A stretch of 28,971 nucleotides of DNA from Acidobacteriota bacterium. GTDB taxonomy: Bacteria > Acidobacteriota > UBA6911 > JACQSX01. Made by a program: the position numbers and the translations under genes. Of this stretch, positions 1-8,400 are shown piece by piece. The stretch covers positions 1 through 28,971 of the forward strand of contig DASXQR010000061.1 in the NCBI GenBank assembly GCA_036507075.1, written 5' to 3'. The notes below the pieces were generated by a model that saw nothing but the letters and a program-made list of their open reading frames with translations, was not told where the DNA came from and made no database searches. Every line of letters starts with the position of its first letter. Positions within the stretch are counted from its first letter, which is position 1.

Positions 1-294
1 TTTCACGAAACGTCCAACTTCTGATCGCAACTCGAGCCAGTCCTGCTTGAGCGCCTGAAAGGTCGCCAGCTCTTCGTCGGACTTGGAAGCGGAGGTGGGA
101 CTGGTTCCCTTCCATCGCTGGAGCCAAATCCAATTGGCGAAATGGATATGATTGAGCGTGCCCATGACACCGCCAAAGCTTGATCCCAGATTGCGGGCAT
201 ACTGTTCGGCGGTAAGCGTCTCGACTACCGAGAAGACCCGATCCGTGGCCCAGGCATCAAAATCAAAGAGCCGGAGAATGTCTTGTTGGTTCAT
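1..294 (-). CDS. DinB-family protein (3' end truncated by the window edge; absent from the ORF track)
   Basis: Manual translation from the ATG at 294 gives MNQQDILRLFDFDAWATDRVFSVVETLTAEQYARNLGSSFGGVMGTLNHIHFANWIWLQRWKG..., open to position 1. This fits the DinB pattern (W-A..R...L..E....G.SF.....TL.H....WL.R). Confidence 0.85.
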   Translation of the reverse strand, partial: MNQQDILRLFDFDAWATDRVFSVVETLTAEQYARNLGSSFGGVMGTLNHIHFANWIWLQRWKGTSPTSASKSDEELATFQALKQDWLELRSEVGRFVK

Positions 295-309
295 TCGTGA
301 GCGATGGTA

Positions 310-459
310 TCAAATGCGGAATTGGGAATGTGGAATGCGAAATGCGGAATGCGGAATGATGTTCGAATTAAGCCTTCTAAGCTAAAACGAAATCACTACG
401 CTATTCCACATTCCCAATTCCGCATTTGAAAGGGTTCCGCATTCCGCAATTCCGCATTC
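310..459. repeat. Heptamer-armed palindromic element (MITE/REP-like), copy 1
   Basis: The left arm is (ATGCGGA)n variants and the right arm is (TTCCGCA)n variants. Termini are TCAAATGCGGAA (310-321) and TTCCGCATTTGA (418-429). The core at 359-407 is homologous to 2999-3046. Confidence 0.85.
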
Positions 460-483
460 TTGTGATCGGATTGCCGCTGTCGA

Positions 484-1506
484 TCAGTGCCGCGTGGTTC
501 GATAGTGCTCGGCCAGCAGATCATCACCGAAGTCGCCGTTGAAATCTCTCCACACGCTGTGAATATGATTTCCATCATTCTGCGTATTGTCGTACTCGAT
601 CAGGAACGTGGGGCCCTGCACGCGATAGTAATGCTTTTGGCCGTGAACAGCGCTTCCCGCCCAGCCGAAAGAAATTTTTTCCATTCCCGCACGCTGCAGC
701 TTTTCCATGCGCGCCTGCGACAACTCGGGCGCCATGGACGAGGCATACTCTTGCAGCAGTTTTTTAAGCGATGCCTTCTGCGACGCCGTAAACTCGGCGG
801 CGGAAATCCCCGCGGGGCTTACCGGATTTGCCTTTCTGGAATTTCCGGTCACCATTGTGAGGGCGTTCTTGTCCAGGATGGCACGCTCGCGCTGCTCGGC
901 TGTCAGCGAGTTGAGCAGATCGCGCGCCAGATCTTCTTCGCCCTGAAGCGCGCGCAGTCCTTTATGCGGTCCTTCCCTTACCTCGGCGGGATTGGCGCCG
1001 AAAAAAGAGGGGGTGGTGGCGACCATCTTGCCGTCCACAATAGTAAAGTTCAAAGACAAATGATGACCCTCGACACGCCATCCCCAGGCGCCGTTGGCCG
1101 AAGGAGTGCCAAAAACTGTGAAGAAATAGAGCTCCGGGTCCCGGCGTACGGCGCCCGCCTCGAGTGCCCGCAGCACGGTCTCCAGCTCTATGATCGTGGT
1201 TGCCTTCAAATAGCCGCGCTGGCTCAGGCCCGTCTTCAGAAAATCATGTGCCAGCTTGCGCTGGCCGGCGTCGAGCTCTTTCAGCGGGATTCCTTTTCTC
1301 TCCTTCGGAATGAAGTGCCAGTCGAACCGCTGCGCGTCATCAAATTTGTACGTCGCCTTGGCCTTCTGTTCCGCCGTCAACGATGCAAGGAATTTGCCCG
1401 CCGCGGCCGCCATGTCTCGGGCGGATTTAACGGTATACGCTTCATGCGCCAAAACCAGGGAAACGCCGATAAAAAGAACAACCCAACGTATCAGTTTGCG
1501 TGGCAT
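484..1506 (-). CDS. DUF3500-domain protein with N-terminal signal peptide
   Basis: Motifs WHFIP..RKG, RDPELYFFTVFG.P, WGWRVEGHHLSLNFT, TPSFFGANP, YYRVQGPTFLIEYDNTQNDGNHIHSVWRD..GDFG. Start moved to the ATG at 1506 (GGAG RBS), since the ORF-track extension is translated tandem repeat. Confidence 0.88.
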   Translation of the reverse strand: MPRKLIRWVVLFIGVSLVLAHEAYTVKSARDMAAAAGKFLASLTAEQKAKATYKFDDAQRFDWHFIPKERKGIPLKELDAGQRKLAHDFLKTGLSQRGYLKATTIIELETVLRALEAGAVRRDPELYFFTVFGTPSANGAWGWRVEGHHLSLNFTIVDGKMVATTPSFFGANPAEVREGPHKGLRALQGEEDLARDLLNSLTAEQRERAILDKNALTMVTGNSRKANPVSPAGISAAEFTASQKASLKKLLQEYASSMAPELSQARMEKLQRAGMEKISFGWAGSAVHGQKHYYRVQGPTFLIEYDNTQNDGNHIHSVWRDFNGDFGDDLLAEHYRTTRH

Positions 1507-1544
1507 AAGTGTCTCCGGTGAGTCAGCAAAGTATATCGCAACTT

Positions 1545-1726
1545 GGCAGGTTGCGGGTTGGCGGGTTGGCGGGTTGGCGGGTTCACGGGTTGGCGGGTTG
1601 CGGGTTGGCGGGTTGACGGGTTGACGGGTTGGCGGGTTGCGGGTTGACGGGTTGCGGGTTGCGGGGTGGCGGATTGCGGTTGTCGGGTTCACGGGTTGCA
1701 GGTGCGAGGTGACAGGTTGCCGGGTT
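1545..1726. repeat. G-rich tandem array of about 24 units of 7-8 nt (GGCGGGTT/GCGGGTT/GACGGGTT/CACGGGTT)
   Basis: Read directly from the sequence. The units degenerate toward 1726. Confidence 0.95.
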
Positions 1727-1799
1727 GCTGTTTAACTTCGAATGGCAAATTCCCAAATTCCAGTTTAGAAATTGCATGTATTATTGAAGCTGGGCCGAG

Positions 1800-2035
1800 C
1801 CGGAAAACCCGTACCCGAAAACTCGTAACTCGGAAACTCGTAACCCAAAAACCCGTAACCCGGAAACTCGTAACCGGAAACTCGTAACTCGGAAACTCGT
1901 AACCCGAAAACCCGTAACCGAAAACTCGTGACTCGGAAACTCGTAACCGGAGAAACTCGTAACCCGAAAACTCGTAACCCGAGAAACTCGTAACCCGAAA
2001 ACCGGTAACCCGAAAACCCGTAACCCGAAAACCCG
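1800..2035. repeat. Tandem array of about 15-16 units of ~15 nt (consensus CCGAAAACTCGTAAC)
   Basis: Read directly from the sequence. There are no unique spacers, and the array ends at the RBS of the next gene. Confidence 0.95.
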
Positions 2036-2047
2036 AGAGGAGTCGCC

Positions 2048-2926
2048 GTGAAGAAGAAGATTTTGTATTCCCTGGTGGTTTCGCTTTTCACCTGCAGCGC
2101 AGTGGCATTTCAATATCAGACGGGGCCTTCTGCCAGTGCGGGGGCGATTGAAGCAAATCCGGTCAAGCGCGCCCTCAAGGAAGGCAAAGTGGTCATTGGA
2201 GCCACTATTACGGCGGGCAACGTGGACGTTGCCGCCACTCTTGCCGGCGCAGGCTTTGACTTCCTTTGGATCGAGATGGAACACAGCCCGCTCACGCTGG
2301 AGACCGTGCGGTCGATGATTCTGGCGACGCGCGGTCTACAGGCCATGCCGTTTACTCGCGTGCCCGTCAACGAACTCTGGACGGCCAAGCGCGTGCTCGA
2401 TATCGGAAGCCTGGGCGTGATTTTCCCCTTCACCAGCACGCGCGAGCTAGCCGAAAAAGCGGTCCGAGCATGCAAATACCCGCCGCTGGGTGGAAGAGGC
2501 TTCGGGCCCGGGTTGGCAACATCACGATGGGGGCTCAGCGCCCCTGACTATGTCAAATTCGCCAACGAAAACGTGATGGTTATCGTAATCATCGAACAGA
2601 AACAGGCGATCGATAACATTGAAGAAATCGCTTCAGTGCCCGGCATCGATGTGTTGTTCATTGGAGCCAATGATCTTTCGTTTTCACTGGGAGTCGGCGG
2701 AAAACTGACCGATCCGCTCGTAGAGGATGCGGTTGCCAGGGTTATCGCGGCAGGCAAAAAGCATAATATCCCGGTCGGCTATCCTGCCGGCAGTCCCGCC
2801 GAGATCCAGAAGCGGATCGCTCAGGGTTTCCGCTTCTTTCAAGCCTCCAGCGACGTTGGCTTTATGGCGGCAGGAGCCAGAGACCTGCTCTCAAAAGTCA
2901 ATCGCGAGCCGGCAACGGCTAAGTGA
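2048..2926 (+). CDS. HpcH/HpaI class II pyruvate aldolase-family protein with predicted signal peptide
   Basis: Motifs GFDFLWIEMEHSP, TRVP, KRVLDIG..GVIFP, YPPLGGRG, IEQ, GIDVLFIGANDLS. GTG start with GAGGAG RBS. N-terminus MKKKILYSLVVSLFTCSAVA. Confidence 0.92.
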   Translation: MKKKILYSLVVSLFTCSAVAFQYQTGPSASAGAIEANPVKRALKEGKVVIGATITAGNVDVAATLAGAGFDFLWIEMEHSPLTLETVRSMILATRGLQAMPFTRVPVNELWTAKRVLDIGSLGVIFPFTSTRELAEKAVRACKYPPLGGRGFGPGLATSRWGLSAPDYVKFANENVMVIVIIEQKQAIDNIEEIASVPGIDVLFIGANDLSFSLGVGGKLTDPLVEDAVARVIAAGKKHNIPVGYPAGSPAEIQKRIAQGFRFFQASSDVGFMAAGARDLLSKVNREPATAK

Positions 2927-2939
2927 AGGGAGGCAGGGA

Positions 2940-3081
2940 CTGCGGGATGCGGAATTGGGAATGCGGAATGCAGAATGTGGAATTGGGAATGCGGAATTAT
3001 GTTCGATTAGGCCTTCCAAGCTAGAGCGAAATCACTACCCTATTCCGCATTCCGCATTCCCAATTCCGCATTCCGCATTTG
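2940..3081. repeat. Heptamer-armed palindromic element, copy 2
   Basis: Same (ATGCGGA)n/(TTCCGCA)n arms as copy 1. The core differs from copy 1 by 5 substitutions and 1 indel over ~49 nt. Ends in TTCCGCATTTGA. Confidence 0.88.
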
Positions 3082-3096
3082 AAAAGTGAGGTAAAT

Positions 3097-4005
3097 ATGC
3101 GTTTTGCATTTTGCATCTCAATGATTCTAACTCTGCTTGTGTTTTCCGCGCTGGCGCAGGCGCCCGCCCAGGAGCTGATCATCCCTGTTGTGGCCAATGG
3201 TTACGTCAAGCCTCCCCTCCATTACCAGACGGTTGTGCGCGTCTTGAACGCGGCAGGGGAGGCGGTCGAGATCACAGTGGAGGGCTTTCAGAACGACGGC
3301 ACCGCAACCCGGCTTTTCGAATTATTTCCACTTCCACGGCCGGGAACGAAGTCCGTTTTCAAAATCGAGCCTTTCGGATCGCTGGAGCTTTCCACGGCCG
3401 GCGATGAGCCGGCATTTCACGGATGGATTCGCCTTACCTTTCCCGCCTCGGCGCAGATTCAGGCAAGCGCTGAAGTCGCATTGATTGACGCTCCCGTGGG
3501 TCCACACCCGATTTGCAGCCGCACGTCGAAAGAGATCATCAATACCGTTGAAGTGCGTGGCGTGGCCGCCGCGGCAAGGAGTGGAGGATTTGCTGTTATC
3601 CGGCCCAACCGGCAGAGCGCTTACGCGATTTTGAATCCTACCGAGCAGACTGCGGAGGTTTTCCTGTCGCTCCTTAATTTCAGCGGCACACTTGCCGGCT
3701 CCGCGACACTGAAGATTCCCGCACACGCGCGGGTGAGTAAATTTCTCGGCGAAATGCTGACCGCCGCTGCTTCAGATTTCATGGGCTCGCTGAGAGTAAG
3801 CAGCGTTACACCCGTCGGTGCGGCAGCGATCAACGTGATCTTTCCAGATGGCAAGCTTGCCGCCGTGACTGTGAATCCTGAACCGGCGAAGGCGTGCGTT
3901 ACCGTTATCCAGCCTGCCCGCAATCCGCTGACGGGAGAATGCCGCCTCTTTCCCACACCCTGCGATGTTCCGGCGGGCTGGGTGAAAGTATCTTCGTGTA
4001 ACTAA
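3097..4005 (+). CDS. Secreted hypothetical protein (beta-rich domains plus a C-terminal Cys mini-motif)
   Basis: Signal peptide MRFAFCISMILTLLVFSALA and GAGGT RBS. Segments resemble the C-terminal repeats of the 5460-10850 protein. Ends in CVTVIQPARNPLTGECRLFPTPCDVPAGW. Confidence 0.8.
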   Translation: MRFAFCISMILTLLVFSALAQAPAQELIIPVVANGYVKPPLHYQTVVRVLNAAGEAVEITVEGFQNDGTATRLFELFPLPRPGTKSVFKIEPFGSLELSTAGDEPAFHGWIRLTFPASAQIQASAEVALIDAPVGPHPICSRTSKEIINTVEVRGVAAAARSGGFAVIRPNRQSAYAILNPTEQTAEVFLSLLNFSGTLAGSATLKIPAHARVSKFLGEMLTAAASDFMGSLRVSSVTPVGAAAINVIFPDGKLAAVTVNPEPAKACVTVIQPARNPLTGECRLFPTPCDVPAGWVKVSSCN

Positions 4006-4016
4006 TCCGGGAAAGC

Positions 4017-4194
4017 CGAAAGTCAAGGTCGCGTCAGCCGAACCGCGCGCGTCAGCAAGCGGACTCTGTATGGCCATCGATTCCTGGCGCCTTGGCAAGA
4101 AACTAAACCACCGATGACCGGTTACCACTCAGGGTCCGCTTGCTGACGCGCGCGGTTCGGCTGACGTTCGACTTTCGACCTTCAGACTTTCGAC
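4017..4194. repeat. REP-like inverted doublet between convergent genes
   Basis: Perfect 33-bp inverted repeat at 4032-4064/4134-4166 (CGTCAGCCGAACCGCGCGCGTCAGCAAGCGGAC), flanked by GAAAGTC/GACTTTC-type heptamers. Confidence 0.9.
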
Positions 4195-4206
4195 ATCGCA
4201 AAGCGT

Positions 4207-5226
4207 TCAGACTTTCTTAATACGCCTGACCGACTCCCGTTCGATAAGTTCGGTGTCGACAAGCTGCCGGGTCACCGGCAGGTGTTCATCCTTGCTAACC
4301 AGAGCGCGCAGCAGGTTCTGCATGGCAATTTCACCCATCTGATGAAGCGGGATCCGAAGCGTGGTAAGCGACGGATTGAGGTAGGTGGCCATGTCGATAT
4401 CCCCGAATCCCGTAACCGACACATCCGCTGGAATTCGCATCCCTTTGCCCTGCACGAACGCATACACGCCGATGGCCATGCGATCGTTGGCGGCGAATAT
4501 CGCCGACGGGTGCGGCTTGCGGCGAAAGATTTCTTCCGCCGCGCTGATCCCTCCCTGCGGGGAGTAGTCTCCTGCGACAATCCAGTGGCTCTTCGGACGA
4601 ATGCCGGCTTCAGCCATCGCATCCTGAAAACCACGCAGCCGATCCTGCGAAGTGGTAAGAAACTGAGGTCCCCCGATATAAGCGATGTTGCGATGCCCGA
4701 CCGAAATCAGGAATTCGGTCATGCGACGGGCGCCGTCGTAATTATTGACCTCCACTGAGGGAGCGTCCACATGCCGTCGTCCCACAAGCACCATGCGCCT
4801 TCGAATATCTGGAAAGTCCGTCAGGTGGGAGTCGTCCGGAAATCCCGCTCCTACCACAATTACGCCTTCGGCCCGGTGCTGCTGCAGCTTCATCAGGTAG
4901 GCGCGCTCGCGCTGCAAACTGCGATCTGTGTTGCAAAGGAATGCCATATATCCGGCGCGGGCTGCGACCGATTCTGCGCCCCGGACAATTTCCTGAAAAT
5001 AGGGATCCGTGATGTCATGTACGAGAAGCGCCACAACGCGGCTGGCCCCTGTGATAAGGCCCTGGGCCAGAATATCGGGATGGTAATTGAGATCCCGCAC
5101 CGCCTCCAGGACTCGCCTGCGGGTTGCTTCCCCCACTCGATGCTCGCTGTTGTTGACCACGCGCGACACAGTCGCTACCGAGACACCCGCGCGCCTGGCA
5201 ACATCCGAGATTCTTGACCTGGCCAT
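4207..5226 (-). CDS. LacI-family transcriptional regulator
   Basis: HTH ISDVARRAGVSVATVSRVVN, hinge LNYHPDILAQGL, and a sugar-binding domain (AIFAANDRMAIG, IPADVSVTGFGD, PSLTT). Confidence 0.96.
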   Translation of the reverse strand: MARSRISDVARRAGVSVATVSRVVNNSEHRVGEATRRRVLEAVRDLNYHPDILAQGLITGASRVVALLVHDITDPYFQEIVRGAESVAARAGYMAFLCNTDRSLQRERAYLMKLQQHRAEGVIVVGAGFPDDSHLTDFPDIRRRMVLVGRRHVDAPSVEVNNYDGARRMTEFLISVGHRNIAYIGGPQFLTTSQDRLRGFQDAMAEAGIRPKSHWIVAGDYSPQGGISAAEEIFRRKPHPSAIFAANDRMAIGVYAFVQGKGMRIPADVSVTGFGDIDMATYLNPSLTTLRIPLHQMGEIAMQNLLRALVSKDEHLPVTRQLVDTELIERESVRRIKKV

Positions 5227-5295
5227 GAATTTCCCTGTCAGGCGATTCTAAACAACCAGATCAGCAGGAGGCAACCCGCAGGATGTGAACCAAAT

Positions 5296-5452
5296 AGGGG
5301 GACAGACTCCAATAGAGCAACAGAAGAGAGCAATAGAGGGACAGTCCCCTTTTAAATGAGGGACAGTCCCCTATTTGACCGGAATAAGGGGACAGTCCCC
5401 ATTTCTGGTCCCCCATTTCTGCGAGTCCCCATTTCTGCGCCCCTTGTTTCTG
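5296..5452. repeat. Cluster of GGGGACAGTCCCC-type palindromes with decaying GTCCCCATTTCT units
   Basis: Four copies near 5297, 5338, 5360 and 5388 (first copy imperfect), followed by about three degenerate half-copies. Confidence 0.85.
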
Positions 5453-5459
5453 GCAATGG

Positions 5460-8400
5460 CTATCTCAGATCCACCACCAGGGGCGATCCGCCGGGTCCGA
5501 AGTAGCGAACCGTGATCGTGCCTGCGGCAGGCGATGCGTTGAGCAAAATTGCCTGACTCGAATATCCCCCACCGTCGGCAAAATGGGAAAAGGTGACCGC
5601 AGTATTGAACCCGCTGCCCGCATAATCAGCCACCGGCAGCGTAGTGAGAACGAGCTCTCCCCGGGCGGTGAGCGTGGCGCGAAGCGTTAGCATTTCAATC
5701 GGTCGATCGCTGGAGACTTCCAGCGTTCCCAGAATGCCCAAGGCAAGCGAGCCGGCCAGTTCATCGACAAACCGCGCCGCTTGCGTTCCCGGTTCCAACT
5801 CGATGGTGCGGGGAATCCCCAGCACCGTTCCATCCATCGATCGCAGGATGAGGCGGATCCTGGCAACCGCGCTGCCGCGATTGGCCAGGGCGATGCCGGT
5901 AAGACGAGTCTCTATTGCGCTCAGCAACTCGGTCGCCTGGGTGTCGACGTAAAGCAACGCATGCGAGACGGCGGCCGAGGCCGGAACGGCCGCTTCCGTT
6001 ACCAGAGTATTTCCCGAGTAGTTGCTGAAGAGCAATGTTCCCGCAGGGCTTCCGCTTCCCGGATCCGGACTGGCCACCGCATATCCCGACAGCAGACCCG
6101 CTCCGGGGGCTCCGGACGACTCCACCAGAACATGTCCGAAGGCTGGAATGGAGTAATCAATCACCGGATTGGACTCAAGCCCCAGCGGAGACCCCTTGCT
6201 GTCGAACAAGCGAAGCTTGCCTTTCATTGCGCCGCTTGTCGGATTCAGGAGAATAACTGAAATTCGGTAGCCGCTCCCAATCGCCAGATGCGGGAATACC
6301 ACATCGCCGGAGCGAAGGGCGCTGGAAATCGCGACAGGCAATGTGGAGAGAATGGTCTGTCCCCGCGCGTTCGGTACGGCTCGCAGCGTGACGGAGGCAA
6401 CCGGCTGCGGCGATTCCACCAGCACAGTCCCGCGAAAGCCGGGCGAAAGACCGCCAAAGAGTTCTGAGAAGAACCGGGCTGCGTAGGCACCCGGGCTAAG
6501 CGTAAGCATAGCCCTTTCCCCGACCGGGTTTCCGCCCGGATCAAACAAACGAAAAGAGACTGTAACGGTGGCATTGTTTGGATTGACCAGGGCCACGCCC
6601 GTCTGAGCTCCCGCGCGTCCATCGAGAAACATCAGGCTGCTGGTTGACGGCACAGACTCTGGTACGGCGGCTTCTGTAATCAGGTTCCCATCGCGGTCGC
6701 GCAGACTGAAAATGGAGACTCCCACCAGCCTGGCCCCCGATGCGGATGCCGTGACGTATCCCGCGGTCACTCCGGCATCAGCGCCGGCTGTCTCGGAGAC
6801 CTGGGCGTTGCCGGCCGGGATACTAAGTTCCCTCTGATTCGCCGGATTTCGGGATCGCAGCGTGAACACACCCTTTGCCGGTTGGCCGGAAATCGTGGCT
6901 CGGACAAAAAAGGATCCTCCATTGTTTCGAGCTTTAAACACAGCCGAAGCAACTCCCTGTGTGTCGGTAATGACGGTCAATGCCGGCCCGCCTCCATTCT
7001 CGAAGAAGCCGGAGGTTCCACGGGCTGGCGCGGCAAGCGCCACGGGAGCATTGGGGACCGCAGTACCTGCATCGTCGGTCACTTTCACGGAAAGGGGAAC
7101 AGGGAAGGGTTTGCCGGCGTCTGTGACCTGCAAATTGCCTCCCTGAATCTCGATCTTTCGGGTGCTTACGATACTGAGGATCGCATTCACACCGCGCTGA
7201 TAGCTCTGATTGCCAAAAGCAGAGGTCACCTGGATGACAGCGGGCCCTGCCGCCAGCCCGTTCGGAAGCGTGAAGCTGAAACTGGTGCCAAACGCGTTTA
7301 CCGTTTCGGCGGGAACTCTCACTTCATTCGCACCGGCTCTAATCAGGACTGTATTTCGGGAGGGATTTGTATTAAACACGCCCACACTGGTGCTGGTCAG
7401 CGTAATTCGCGAACCCGGGGCAGCCGCAGCGGGCGAAACGGAAAAAGGATTAGCCGCGGGCGGGGGACCAATGGTGAACGCAGCGCTGTTGGTTCGCGCG
7501 CTTCCATTGGCCAGCAGCGTTGTGACCGACGCGATGGCCGTCCCTTCCGAAAAGCTGCCCGGAATCGGCGCCAGCACGGCGCCTCCAGTGACCGCCAGCG
7601 CGGGTACTTCCACGCTGTTTGCTCCCTGGCTGAAAGTCACGACATTGTTCTCGGGAACTGTGGCAAATCCTGAGAGTGAAGCGCTCGCCAGGGGGAGCAG
7701 TTGTTCCGGAGCGCGCGCGCCTGCAGGCGGCCCAATCGTGGGCGGCTCCGGCTGCCCGGGAATATTGAACGCAACAACCGCGGGCGCAGACGCGTTGTGA
7801 TTTCGAAGCTCCATCATTGCGCCGCCGGACTCGAAAGGGAAAGCGGGCATGGTGAACACCGCTCCGGCGAAAAGCAATAATTCAGCCGACCCGGTATACT
7901 GATTCGATCCCTGGGTCACAGTGAACCGCTCCGTGCCCAACTGCTGGCCAAAAAAGTTCGCCAAAAACTGCTGCCCCGGACTGGGTGCCGAAGGGACTAA
8001 CCCTTGCAAGGCCAGAGAGGTGGGTGTCTTGTTTATGGTGATATCGAGCGCATTTGAAAGCTCACCGCCGCGACTGACCACTACGGATGCTTTACCTGGT
8101 GCGAGGCCCGATGGGACAGTGGAATAGATCAGATTCGACGAGGCTACCGTGGTGTTGGCGGCACTGGCATACCAAGTGCCGTTCTGGATGTAATAAACGA
8201 AAAGCGGTTGGGCGAAGCGCGATCCGGACAAGGCCAATATCTGTCCCGCGATAATTACCTGCCCGGCGAGCGCAGAATCTGGAACTATGCGAGTCAGTTC
8301 AGGAGCGCTCGTCACGCTGTTGATCATAATGGCAGCGGCCGAGGCAACGCCTGCCGCTGATGCCGTAACCGTAATACTCCCGGGAACGCCGCTGAGCTTC

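Noticed and set aside
1545..2035. CRISPR array
   Set aside because: The units are contiguous 7-15-nt repeats without unique spacers, and no cas genes are present.
1507..2284. Repeat-rich ORFs (1583-1777, 1666-1887, 1765-2091, 1781-2284) and the 62-aa N-terminal extension of the DUF3500 ORF
   Set aside because: They are translations of tandem DNA repeats. The real flanking starts have clear RBSs.
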